Source: Thermoproteus tenax Kra 1 (GTDB taxonomy: Archaea > Thermoproteota > Thermoprotei > Thermoproteales > Thermoproteaceae). From it: 32,000 nucleotides of DNA. A model generated the notes under the pieces. It did not search any database. It saw nothing but the letters and a program-made list of their open reading frames with translations, and was not told where the DNA came from. Shown here piece after piece: positions 19,180 through 27,990 of this stretch (position 1 is its first letter; the number at the start of each line of letters is the position of its first letter). The stretch spans positions 1,350,001-1,382,000 of the forward strand of contig NC_016070.1 of the NCBI RefSeq assembly GCF_000253055.1, in the 5' to 3' direction. The position numbers were made by a program, and so were the translations under genes.

Positions 19180-19811
19180 TAGCCTGCGTACTTCTTTAAT
19201 ATCTCTCTCGCCCTATAGATCGCCTTGTCGAGGTCTCCGTCTCTCACGTAGCCCATAAACAGTTCGTCCTCAACAAGCTCTTGATAGAACGCCAGACGCT
19301 TTTTGGCCTCTGCAATGCTCCTCTTGGCCTCAGCCTTCGCCGTAGAATACGCCTTAAAGAACGTCGGGATCCAACTTTTAGCTAGGCAGTCCTCAATTAC
19401 GTCTAGAGCCAGCCTGGCCGGAGTACCGGCTGCTCCCTCGCTCGTCGTGGCCACCCTCACTCCGCCTATATCTCTGAAATAGGGGACCACGACGTGGGTC
19501 CTCTCAGCGTTAGTCGCATCGTTGACGAGCTTGCCTGCTCTACTCGCCCTCTCGTACAAGTCCGATGCTATGCGTTGGTCGTTGACGGCTATCACAATGA
19601 GATCGGCCCATCTTATGAGCCTATCAACATCGCTTCTTGTTAGATCGACGACTAGTATATCGTAAGGCCCCCTCTCCTTGAAATCTAACGCCGCCACTAG
19701 CACTTGGGCTCCGGAGTTTGCGAAGAGCCTGGCCCTTCTAAGGCCGACTGAGCCGCCGCCGAATATCAATACCCTCAGTCTGGATGCATCGATCCACAGC
19801 GGGATTCTCAT
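19179..19811 (-). CDS. Precorrin-2 dehydrogenase / siroheme synthase N-domain (Met8/CysG-N-like)
   Basis: MRIPLWIDASRLRVLIFGGGSVGLRRARLFANSGAQVLV, DLIVIAVND, KLVNDATNAERTHVVVPYFRDIGGVRVATTSEGAAGTPARLALD. Start at 19811 gives an ATGA overlap with hemD; the longer ORF extends to 19958. Confidence 0.87.
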   Translation of the reverse strand: MRIPLWIDASRLRVLIFGGGSVGLRRARLFANSGAQVLVAALDFKERGPYDILVVDLTRSDVDRLIRWADLIVIAVNDQRIASDLYERASRAGKLVNDATNAERTHVVVPYFRDIGGVRVATTSEGAAGTPARLALDVIEDCLAKSWIPTFFKAYSTAKAEAKRSIAEAKKRLAFYQELVEDELFMGYVRDGDLDKAIYRAREILKKYAG

Positions 19812-20449
19812 GGTCTCAATGCATTTGCGAACTCCACAGCGTCTTTTATGAGTGGAACCGGAGACACATAGTGGGACACACCGAGTTCTCTTAAACGCTC
19901 TGATGTGGCCTGCCCTATGGCGACCACAAGCCTTTTGTTCAAAAGCCCGTGGCTCCATGCTATCTCCGCGACATAGCTGCTGGCCACGACTACTACATCT
20001 GCGTCGATATTTCTCGCCGTTGCGATCCCATCGGGATCCTCCTCGAGGTCATATACGGGCACTTCCACTACGTTGGGCACAGAGCTTCGAAGTATACTAT
20101 TGCCCTTCGCCGATCTCAAGACTATAACTCTCCCCGGCCTTAAAGACCTTAGTAGTTCCACCAGGCCGTAGCTGTCGTACCGCCTTGGAACTATACATCT
20201 CTCTCCCACAGCAGCAGCTGTGGACGGGCCTACACATATAATGCACTTAAATCTCGCCGAAATCTTCCGAATATCGACAAGGTCCGCCACGGCTGCGCTC
20301 ATCACCACTAAATATTCTCCATCCGGTATATTGATGGCGGACATGGGCTTGATCTTGGCCACTTTGACGCAGACGGCGTTGGGCGGACATGGGCCATCCT
20401 TGGCTCTTAAGACTAACACAACCCTTTTGCCGCTATCAACTGCCGACAT
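19808..20449 (-). CDS. hemD: Uroporphyrinogen-III synthase
   Basis: CIICVGPSTAAAVGERCIVPRRYDSYGLVELLRSL, DVVVVASSYVAEIAWSHG, VVAIGQATSERLRELGV. Genomic context between SUMT and precorrin-2 dehydrogenase. Confidence 0.82.
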   Translation of the reverse strand: MSAVDSGKRVVLVLRAKDGPCPPNAVCVKVAKIKPMSAINIPDGEYLVVMSAAVADLVDIRKISARFKCIICVGPSTAAAVGERCIVPRRYDSYGLVELLRSLRPGRVIVLRSAKGNSILRSSVPNVVEVPVYDLEEDPDGIATARNIDADVVVVASSYVAEIAWSHGLLNKRLVVAIGQATSERLRELGVSHYVSPVPLIKDAVEFANALRP

Positions 20450-21176
20450 ATTTACGCAACAGCTCGCGAAGCCTCAGCCCCTCCTCCACAACGTTTCCTA
20501 CGACTATGATGCTGGGGCTCTCGACCGCCCTCAGCTCTGATAGCCTCAATACAGTGAACTTCTCCCCCTCCATGTAGGCCCTAGTTATAACGGCGACCGG
20601 CATATCAGAGGGGATACCTCCCGCCAGAAGCTCGCCAGCTATACGGTCCGCGTTGGATGCGCCCATGTAGATTATTATTGTGTCCACAGCTCTCGCAAGT
20701 GCCTTGAAGTCAACAAAGCGTCTTCCCTTAGTGGGATCCTCCTTGCCTGTCACTAACGCTACAGAGCTCGCCTTACCTCTCAACACGGGCGGTATTAGGT
20801 ATTTGGCAGGCGCAGCGAGGCCGGACGTAACGCCGGGCACTATCTCGCATTCTACTCCGCGCTCTACAAGGTAGGCGCATTCCTCAAAGCCTCTGCCGAA
20901 GATAAACGGATCACCTCCATGTAAACGGACTACGCTCTCGTACTGAGTGGCGCACTTTAATAACATTTCGTTTATCTCCCTCTGGGCGGGTCCCCTATTG
21001 CCTGGCTCTTTGCCCACGTAGACTAGCTTAGCGCCGTCCTTTACCTCCTTGAGGAGCTCTCTCGCCACAAGCCTATCATAAAGAACGCAGTCGGCCGTTC
21101 TGAGGGCCCTCAGCCCCTTCACTGTTATCAGCTCCGGGTCTCCAGGTCCCGCGCCTACTATGATCACACGGCCCAC
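20436..21176 (-). CDS. cobA: Uroporphyrinogen-III C-methyltransferase (SUMT)
   Basis: VIIVGAGPGDPELITVKGLRALRTADCVLYDRLV, YVGKEPG, VVRLHGGDPFIFGRGFEE, EIVPGVTSGLAAPAK, TIIIYMGASN. Confidence 0.95.
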   Translation of the reverse strand: MGRVIIVGAGPGDPELITVKGLRALRTADCVLYDRLVARELLKEVKDGAKLVYVGKEPGNRGPAQREINEMLLKCATQYESVVRLHGGDPFIFGRGFEECAYLVERGVECEIVPGVTSGLAAPAKYLIPPVLRGKASSVALVTGKEDPTKGRRFVDFKALARAVDTIIIYMGASNADRIAGELLAGGIPSDMPVAVITRAYMEGEKFTVLRLSELRAVESPSIIVVGNVVEEGLRLRELLRKYVGS

Positions 21177-21210
21177 TTTGTACTTATAGGAGGTGAATTA
21201 ATTTCTTGAT

Positions 21211-22485
21211 ATGCTCTGGGATAGGGCTAGGGCGATATTCCCAGGCGGCGTCAACTCGCCGGCAAGAGCATTACGACATCTTCAGAGTCCTCTGATCGCT
21301 GAGAGAGGCGAGGGGGCCTATCTATACACAGACAGAGGCAAGCTAGTGGATTTCTGTATGGGCTTTGGCCCACTTATTCTCGGCCATAGGCCCAAACCGG
21401 TGCTAGACGCCGTGAAGGCTTGGCTCGAGAGAGGCTGGCTCTACGCCATGCTTACAGAGCCGGAGGTGGAGCTGGGAGAGACAATAATAAGACATGTGCC
21501 GTCTGTGAAGAAGATTCGCTTTGTTAGCACTGGCACCGAGGCCACCATGAACGCCGTTAGACTGGCCCGAGGTTATACAAAGAGAGATGTTATCATTAAG
21601 TTCGAGGGAAACTTCCACGGCTCGCACGACTACGTGTTGGTCAAGGCCGGCTCAGGCGCCGCAACGTGGGGCATACCGACCAGCGCAGGTATACCGGCCG
21701 ATGTAGCCAAACTGACGGTGGTAGTCCCGTACAACGACGTCGAAGCATTCCGCAAGGCAATTAGAGAGGTCGGAGACAGATTGGCCGCAGTCATAGTGGA
21801 GCCTGTCGCGGGAAACTACGGGCTCATAATACCAGACATAGACTTCCTGAAAACGTTAAGAGAGGAGACAGAAAGAGTGGGAGCCCTCCTTATATTCGAT
21901 GAGGTGATCACTGGCTTTAGACTCGGGCTGTCGGGCGCCCAAGGCCGTTTCGGCGTGATTCCCGACATCACGACGCTCGGCAAGATCATAGGGGGCGGAT
22001 TCCCCATAGGAGCCTTCGGTGGTCGCCAGGAGGTGATGGACCTTGTAGCGCCCAGCGGTCCTGTGTACAATGCTGGCACGTTCAATGCACACCCTGTGTC
22101 CATGGTAGCGGGTTTGGCAACTTTAAGGGAGCTGGAGCGAGGGTATCCCTACGAGGTCGCCGATAGAGCGGCCGAAAAGATGGCCAGAGGCCTTGAGGAC
22201 CTGGCTGGCCGCTACGGGTTTGACGTTGTAGTGAAAAGAATAAGCTCTATGTTCCAGCTGTACTTTAAGAGGGGCGATGTCAAAACGCCCCAAGACGTTA
22301 GAGAGAGCAACGAGAAATTATACCTGAAATTGCACGAGATCGCTCTAAGCCACGGCGTCTATCTGACTCCAAGCCAGTATGAAGTCAACTTCACGTCGTC
22401 GATGCACACAGACGAGGTAGTCAACGAGGCTCTGCAGGCGTTGGAGTTAGCCTTTAGGAAGTTGAAGCTTGTGGGATCTTCATAA
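21211..22485 (+). CDS. hemL: Glutamate-1-semialdehyde 2,1-aminomutase
   Basis: RARAIFPGGVNSPARALR, VRFVSTGTEATMNAVRLARGYT, FEGNFHGSHD, LLIFDEVITGFRL, TTLGKIIGGGFPIGAFGGRQEVM (PLP Lys). Confidence 0.97.
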   Translation: MLWDRARAIFPGGVNSPARALRHLQSPLIAERGEGAYLYTDRGKLVDFCMGFGPLILGHRPKPVLDAVKAWLERGWLYAMLTEPEVELGETIIRHVPSVKKIRFVSTGTEATMNAVRLARGYTKRDVIIKFEGNFHGSHDYVLVKAGSGAATWGIPTSAGIPADVAKLTVVVPYNDVEAFRKAIREVGDRLAAVIVEPVAGNYGLIIPDIDFLKTLREETERVGALLIFDEVITGFRLGLSGAQGRFGVIPDITTLGKIIGGGFPIGAFGGRQEVMDLVAPSGPVYNAGTFNAHPVSMVAGLATLRELERGYPYEVADRAAEKMARGLEDLAGRYGFDVVVKRISSMFQLYFKRGDVKTPQDVRESNEKLYLKLHEIALSHGVYLTPSQYEVNFTSSMHTDEVVNEALQALELAFRKLKLVGSS

Positions 22486-23671
22486 GCCTCTTTGCGTCAT
22501 TCAATATCTGCATCACAGTCTCAATGTTTCCACTTTCAGCATGTTTTTTTAACGCCTCAATTAGGGGCAAGACGGCCCTCTTTGCGGCCGAGTTGGCCGC
22601 AAGCGAGGCGTTGGCTCCCGCCCTCCGGCCCTCCTCTTGCGATATAAGAGCAACGAGCCTCATGTACTCTCCAAGCTCTATCTCGACGGCCCTTCTAGCT
22701 AGAGCCCTCTCGATGTTCTCCACCTCTTCCAACGCCATAGCCTTCACTTTCTGAATCTCTTGAAGTCTTTCAGAATTGTATCTATCTGCAATCGGCTTAA
22801 GGTCGTCCAATCTAACTACTTTAACGGGCAGATTGTTGGAGACGTTCATTGGAACTCCAAGATCTACTATGAGCCTTACCTTGTGATTAGGCGGCACCTC
22901 CTTGATTATAGGCTCGAACGATGTGGCTGTCGCAAAGACTACGTCGCATTTCTTCAGGCACTCATCTATGCTTTCCCTGTTCAGCGGCATTGCGGTAGCG
23001 CCTATCCTTTCGGCGATCTCCTTCGCCTTTTCGAAAGTACGATTCAATATATATATCCGCCTAGCCCCCTCGTCTTTGAGCTCCTTGGCGAGGCCTTGTC
23101 CGACGGATCCGGCGCCTATTATCCCAATAGATAGGTTTGATAAATCGCCCATAGTTTCCTTTACATATATTATAGATAGGCTACCGAGGCCCCTCGGTCC
23201 CCGAGATATGTTTGTGTTCGTCCTAACCATCTTACCGAACCTTATTGCTCTCTCGACAACTACCTTTAGCAGATCCCTTGTTACATGAGACTTGACTTGG
23301 CTATCGAAGGCTTCTTCCATCTGGCCCAATATGTCGGTCTCGCCGATCAACATTGAGTCAAGGCCTGCAGCGACCTCCAAAAGGTGTAGCGCGGCCTCCG
23401 TGCCTCTCCTGACTACAACTCGGTCTGCGTATCCTCCGTACCGCGAGAGCACTGCGTGCACTATTGGCTGGGGCACGTCCCACGCATAAACCTCAACTCT
23501 ATTGCACGTGTGAAGTACGTATAATGGTATAGGGAAGTACGGAGCAACGCCGAGCATCTCCATCACGCTTCTGCCAAGCTCGCCCAACTTTTCCGTAGGC
23601 ACCTCGCGAAAAGTTATGGAGGCCGAGAACAGCTTCTCCAAAAGAGGCATATTGAGTTGATTTAGCTCCAT
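22454..23671 (-). CDS. hemA: Glutamyl-tRNA reductase
   Basis: YVLHTCNRVEVYAW, AAGLDSMLIGETDILGQ, ISRGPRGLGSLSI, IGIIGAGSVGQGLAKEL. Confidence 0.96.
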   Translation of the reverse strand: MELNQLNMPLLEKLFSASITFREVPTEKLGELGRSVMEMLGVAPYFPIPLYVLHTCNRVEVYAWDVPQPIVHAVLSRYGGYADRVVVRRGTEAALHLLEVAAGLDSMLIGETDILGQMEEAFDSQVKSHVTRDLLKVVVERAIRFGKMVRTNTNISRGPRGLGSLSIIYVKETMGDLSNLSIGIIGAGSVGQGLAKELKDEGARRIYILNRTFEKAKEIAERIGATAMPLNRESIDECLKKCDVVFATATSFEPIIKEVPPNHKVRLIVDLGVPMNVSNNLPVKVVRLDDLKPIADRYNSERLQEIQKVKAMALEEVENIERALARRAVEIELGEYMRLVALISQEEGRRAGANASLAANSAAKRAVLPLIEALKKHAESGNIETVMQILNDAKRLMKIPQASTS

Positions 23672-23705
23672 TTAAATGCGTTTAAAGCAGACAGAATGAT
23701 GTTGC

Positions 23706-24614
23706 GTGAAGATCAGAGTGGCGACTAGAGGGAGCAAACTCAGCTTGCTTCAGACCGAGATGTTCCTGATGCGAATAAAGGCTGTGGAACCGGACGTCAA
23801 GTTTGAAATAATAACTGTGAAGACGACAGGAGACCTTGTGCAGGATCGGCCATTGTATGAGATAGGGGCCAAGGGTATATTTGAAAAAGAGGTCAATATG
23901 GCATTATTGAGAGGCGATGCAGATATAGCGATCCACTCCCTCAAAGATCTGCCGTCTGTGATAAGCGACGAGCTAGTTATTGCTGGCTTCTCAGAGAGGG
24001 AGACTCCATACGATGTTTTGGCAAGCAAGTCTGGCTATAATATATACACGCTCCCGCCGGGCGCCAGAGTGGGTACCTCCAGCGTCAGGAGGGCCGCCTT
24101 CCTCAAAAGGGTAAGGCCCGACGTGAACATTGTACCATTGAGGGGAAACCTCGATACTAGGGTGGGGAAAGTATTAAACGGCGTTGTCGACGCAGCGATA
24201 CTCGCCGAGGCTGGCCTTAGGAGGCTTTACGGCGCCGGCGCGCCCCTAAATCTATACAGGATCCGGCCCGAGGTGATTCCGCCGCCGCCGGGACAGGGCA
24301 TTATCGCAGCAGTAGCCCGGCGAGATGACGTTGGTATAATTGAACTGCTAAGGAGGGCGAGCGACAGGAGGGCGGCCGTGGAGGCCGCCGCCGAGCGCGC
24401 ATTTCTTAAAGAGGTCGGGGCCGGTTGCCACACAGCAGTGGGAGGTATCGCCATTGCGGGCCCCCTCGGGATCGAGTTCCTCGCAGCCTATGCCTCTCTC
24501 GATGGCAGAAGGGCTGTGTTCGTCAGAGTGTTCGGAGAAAGCCCGGAGGAAGTGGGAACCCGCGCAGGTAGGAGGTTGAAGGAGGCGATGAGCTCGGAGG
24601 GGCTTAAAGCTTAA
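23706..24614 (+). CDS. hemC: Porphobilinogen deaminase (hydroxymethylbilane synthase)
   Basis: [93 protein letters not shown] start. Confidence 0.97.
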   Translation: MKIRVATRGSKLSLLQTEMFLMRIKAVEPDVKFEIITVKTTGDLVQDRPLYEIGAKGIFEKEVNMALLRGDADIAIHSLKDLPSVISDELVIAGFSERETPYDVLASKSGYNIYTLPPGARVGTSSVRRAAFLKRVRPDVNIVPLRGNLDTRVGKVLNGVVDAAILAEAGLRRLYGAGAPLNLYRIRPEVIPPPPGQGIIAAVARRDDVGIIELLRRASDRRAAVEAAAERAFLKEVGAGCHTAVGGIAIAGPLGIEFLAAYASLDGRRAVFVRVFGESPEEVGTRAGRRLKEAMSSEGLKA

Positions 24615-24637
24615 AATATCCTGTCATATAACGAGTT

Positions 24638-24725
24638 GGGCCGGTAGTCTAGCGGAAGGACGCCCAGGCTGTGCCGCGTAGGCCTTGCGCGCGGGAGATC
24701 CCGGGTTCGAATCCCGGCCGGTCCA
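24638..24725 (+). tRNA. tRNA-Ala(TGC) with 16-nt intron at 24666..24681 (position 29/30)
   Basis: Acceptor GGGCCGG/CCGGTCC with the G3:U70 alanine identity pair, T arm CCGGGTTCGAATCCCGG. Removing AGGCTGTGCCGCGTAG gives anticodon arm CCCGC-CTTGCGC-GCGGG. Confidence 0.95.
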
Positions 24726-24773
24726 CCTCTTTATAGACATATATTTATCAGTGCTAAGAGGTGTGTGACCAGA

Positions 24774-25343
24774 ATGGCAAAACCGTGTATCTTGGTCGGG
24801 AGGTGCCCAGGCGATATGGGGGACACCGAGGTCCTCTGGTTCGGCGAAGCTAAATGCGTATCAAAGGCTTCGGCGATCGTCAAGCTGTTCGGAGCTTTAG
24901 AGGCAGCCCAAGTACACGTCAATCTGGCCGCCGTTAAGGCCGATGGAAGGATCAGGAGGACCTTGTGGCTCGTGTTCTGGTCGCTTCAATATGCTGGGTT
25001 CTATCTATCGACTGGAGATCATAGGTATCTGAAGAAGGCGATGGAGTCTCTGCACAGGGCGACGAGATATGCGTACATCCTGGCCTCGGATGCTCCATTG
25101 GGGTGGGTCGTTTGTCTAGACGAAATATGTGCTTATATAAATACAGCGAGAGCATGGGTTAGATGGACTGAGAGAAGATTGGCCCAAGTAGATAGAGGCC
25201 GCGAAGTTATAATGTTGTTAAACCACATTGGAAATATTTTGTTCGAACTCATGAGAACAAGGGGCCACTTAGTGGTAGACCAAGGCAGAATTCATAGGTA
25301 CGTGCCCAGCTTGGGCGCCACCGATTCGGTGCTAAATTTTTAA
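24774..25343 (+). CDS. Divergent protein resembling PduO-type ATP:cob(I)alamin adenosyltransferase
   Basis: GDMGDTEVLWFGEAKCVSKASAIVKLFGALEAAQVHVNLA resembles the GDxGxTxLxxGxRVxKxxxRxxAxGxxDExN signature; ARAWVRWTERRL and LLNHIGNILFELMR resemble the C-terminal family pattern. Matched by eye only. Confidence 0.5.
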   Translation: MAKPCILVGRCPGDMGDTEVLWFGEAKCVSKASAIVKLFGALEAAQVHVNLAAVKADGRIRRTLWLVFWSLQYAGFYLSTGDHRYLKKAMESLHRATRYAYILASDAPLGWVVCLDEICAYINTARAWVRWTERRLAQVDRGREVIMLLNHIGNILFELMRTRGHLVVDQGRIHRYVPSLGATDSVLNF

Positions 25344-25364
25344 ACACTTCAATCCCTGCGTGTT

Positions 25365-25829
25365 GTGTCTGAGGTTAGGGGGATCGTACGCGTAGGCGAT
25401 ACGGATCTTGACGGAGGCAAGGCCACAGCGTATGCCTTAACAAAAATAAAAGGCATAGGGATAGCCTCTGCGTTGGCAATCTGTAGAAGGCTGGGCATAG
25501 ATCCATATGCTCCACTCGGCTCGTTGGGCGAGGAGCAGATATCGAAGCTTGATTGGGCGGTCAGAAACCTCAACGAGATAGCGCCTCCGTGGTTCCTCAA
25601 TAGAAGGAAGGATCCCGTAAGCGGTAGAGATCTTCACTTAATCGGCTCAGAGCTTATCCTCGCCGCCAAGAACGATATTGATCTCATGAAGAAGCTGAGA
25701 AGCTGGAAAGGCATGAGGCACGCGGCCGGCCTAAAGGTGAGAGGACAGCGCACAGTCACTACTGGCAGATTTGGGCCGACCGCAGGCGTTGTTAAAAAGA
25801 AGGAGGGGCCACAACAGAGTAAGCAATAG
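25365..25829 (+). CDS. rps13: Ribosomal protein uS13
   Basis: VRGIVRVGDTDLDGGKATAYALTKIKGIGIASALAICRRLGID, DLMKKLRSWKGMRHAAGLKVRGQRTVTTGR. Confidence 0.96.
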   Translation: MSEVRGIVRVGDTDLDGGKATAYALTKIKGIGIASALAICRRLGIDPYAPLGSLGEEQISKLDWAVRNLNEIAPPWFLNRRKDPVSGRDLHLIGSELILAAKNDIDLMKKLRSWKGMRHAAGLKVRGQRTVTTGRFGPTAGVVKKKEGPQQSKQ

Positions 25830-25832
25830 GCT

Positions 25833-26351
25833 ATGGGAGGCAAGAAGAAAAGTAGAAAGACATATCTCGAGGGCAAGCCGAAGAAGCTCTGGAATACCCA
25901 GCTGTTGCTTGAGGAGCTTCAGCTGATGGGTGAGTACGGCCTGAGGAATAAACGCGAACTATGGAAAGCGCGGTCTCTATTGAAGCACATAGTGAGACGC
26001 GCCAGAAGCTTGTTGTCCATGAGGGCTGAGGAGAGAGCGCCTCTAGAGCTCCCATTTAAGGAGAGACTATACAAGCTCGGCTTTATTGACGATGTCAATA
26101 TTCCTCTTGATAGAGTGCTCTCTCTAGACGTGAGAGCTATCTTGGACAGAAGGCTCCAGACAATTGTATACAGGAAGGGGCTAGCCAAGACTATCTACGA
26201 GGCCAGACAACTTATCACGCATGGCCATATAGCGATCAACGGAAGGAGGATGAGATCCCCTGGCTTTTTAGTGCCGCGAGAGCTGGAGGACAAGATAGGA
26301 TACGCGCCCACAAGCCCTCTGCTCGCCCGCTCCCAAGCCCAGCAACAATAG
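25833..26351 (+). CDS. rps4: Ribosomal protein uS4
   Basis: LLLEELQLMGEYGLRNKRELWKARSLL, LDRRLQTIVYRKGLAKTIYEARQLITHGHIAINGRRMRSPGFLV. Confidence 0.96.
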   Translation: MGGKKKSRKTYLEGKPKKLWNTQLLLEELQLMGEYGLRNKRELWKARSLLKHIVRRARSLLSMRAEERAPLELPFKERLYKLGFIDDVNIPLDRVLSLDVRAILDRRLQTIVYRKGLAKTIYEARQLITHGHIAINGRRMRSPGFLVPRELEDKIGYAPTSPLLARSQAQQQ

Positions 26352-26355
26352 TCTC

Positions 26356-27301
26356 GTGGACGCAGTCCTCGCAGTTCACGGGGGGGCCGGGAAGTGGGCC
26401 ATTGATAAACAAGAGGCACGCTCAGTTCTTGACGCGCTGAGGGGAGCCGTAGATGCAGGCCTTCTTGCCTTGGCCAGAGGCAACGCCCTCGATGGCGTAA
26501 CTGAGGCAGTCGCATATATGGAGGAGTCAGGGCTGTTCAACGCAGGCATTGGCGCCGTCTATACTATTGACGGAAGCGTGTTGTTAGATGCAGGCGTCAT
26601 GGATGGAAAGACCGGGAGAGCAGGCGCAGTCGCGGCCGTTGAGGGAGTCAAGAGCGCTGTCAAGCTAGCCCGCTTCGTATTAGAGAACACCGACCACGTG
26701 CTGATCGTGGGCGAGGGGGCCGAGGAGCTTGCCAGAGCTGCTGGTTTGGCAATAGCTAAAAATATTTTTTATAACGATGTAAAGAATAGGCGATACGTTG
26801 AGGCTAAAAGAGAGGCCGTCTCTGGACGCTGGCACTATAAGAAAGTTGTAGAGATCGCGAGAGAGTTGGGCATAGGCGATACGGTCGGTGCAGTGGCCAG
26901 AGATCGCGAGGGCAATATGGCGGCGGCCACGTCGACCGGCGGCGTCTGGCTTAAACTGAAGGGCAGAGTGGGGGATTCCCCCATCGTTGGCGCTGGATTT
27001 TGGGCCGAGAACGGCGTAGGCGCCTTCTCCGCCACAGGTATAGGCGAAGTCATCATGTTATCGTTGCTCTCTTTCAAAGCAGCGGAGCGCCTCAAGAGCG
27101 GGGTCGACATTGATACCGCTCTGCAGGATGTATTGGGGCGAGGTCACGCGGAGGTTCGGCGCTGATACCGCGGGGATCTTAGGCCTTGATAAAGATGGCA
27201 GAGTCTCTGCCGCGTTCAACACTAGGGCTATGGCCAGAGGATGGGGAATGGGCAAGGAGATTAAAAGGGTCGCCTTGTTCTCTGAAGACCCCTGGCCTTA
27301 A
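26356..27301 (+). pseudogene. Isoaspartyl peptidase / L-asparaginase (Ntn-hydrolase), split by an apparent +1 frameshift at the G-run 27135-27138
   Basis: VLAVHGGAGKW, GLFNAGIGAVYTIDGSVLLDAGVMDG, GNMAAATSTGG (nucleophile Thr region), VGAFSATGIGEVIM in frame 1. The family C-terminus GEVTRRFGADTAGILGLDKDGRVSAAFNTRAMARGWG continues in frame 2. Confidence 0.9.
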
Positions 27302-27516
27302 GACCTCTTTCGCCAAGTCTTAGTGTCTGGATCGAACTTGAATCCCATTCTCTTCAGCTTGGCTATAGTCTCCCTAAATTCGTCCTCCGGCAATCTCCTG
27401 CCTCTGCCGACCTTCACTACAATCTCGTCATCCTCTCTGCTTACATCGACAGGAAGTTTAGACAACTCTTCTTCCACGTCTTTAGGCCTAGCCCTCCTGC
27501 CGCTCTCCTCGTCCAT
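27298..27516 (-). CDS. Small acidic/basic hypothetical protein
   Basis: 72 aa, GRRLPEDEFRETIAKLKRMGFKFDPDTKTWRKRS. TATA-like TTAATATA about 29 nt upstream of the ATG; 4-nt convergent overlap with the asparaginase gene. Confidence 0.65.
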   Translation of the reverse strand: MDEESGRRARPKDVEEELSKLPVDVSREDDEIVVKVGRGRRLPEDEFRETIAKLKRMGFKFDPDTKTWRKRS

Positions 27517-27596
27517 CTGGACTTAAGATCACTAGTATATTAAGTTATGCTCAAGGTTGCTACGACCGAGGGCCTCGCTCCCTTAGGGCGAGGAGA

Positions 27597-27953
27597 TTAT
27601 AGCAATCTGCTTAGGCGTATCAGCTTTCTAGCCGCCATCTCTCGGGCCCACGACGGCAACGAGTACGATCTCAGCGTCTCGTTTACTAACTCCTCTATCT
27701 CATCGCAGTCTCTTCCGCCTTGTTTTCTACATATTTCGACTAAGTATTTCGATCTCGCCTTAAATAGCTCGTCAGTCATCGGTATCCTCCTACAGGAGTG
27801 GTCATAAGTGTAGCCCCTCTCGCGATCGCTCAGATGAAGGAGCAAGTGCGCTGCAGCTTTGGCTAGATCCATACGTCCGGGCTCCACGTATACGCCCTCT
27901 ATTCTCGCGTAGCAACTCTTTATGCCTGAATATATGGATTGGCCCTCCTCCAC
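27597..27953 (-). CDS. Hypothetical protein
   Basis: 118-aa ORF with a codon-like composition bias. Confidence 0.5.
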   Translation of the reverse strand: MEEGQSIYSGIKSCYARIEGVYVEPGRMDLAKAAAHLLLHLSDRERGYTYDHSCRRIPMTDELFKARSKYLVEICRKQGGRDCDEIEELVNETLRSYSLPSWAREMAARKLIRLSRLL

Positions 27954-27990
27954 GAGACTCTCTTTAATAGCATATAAAACTGCTATAGTT

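Noticed and set aside
19811-19958. N-terminal extension of the precorrin-2 dehydrogenase ORF
   Set aside because: Overlaps hemD coding sequence. The ATGA start at 19811 gives the expected Rossmann N-terminus.
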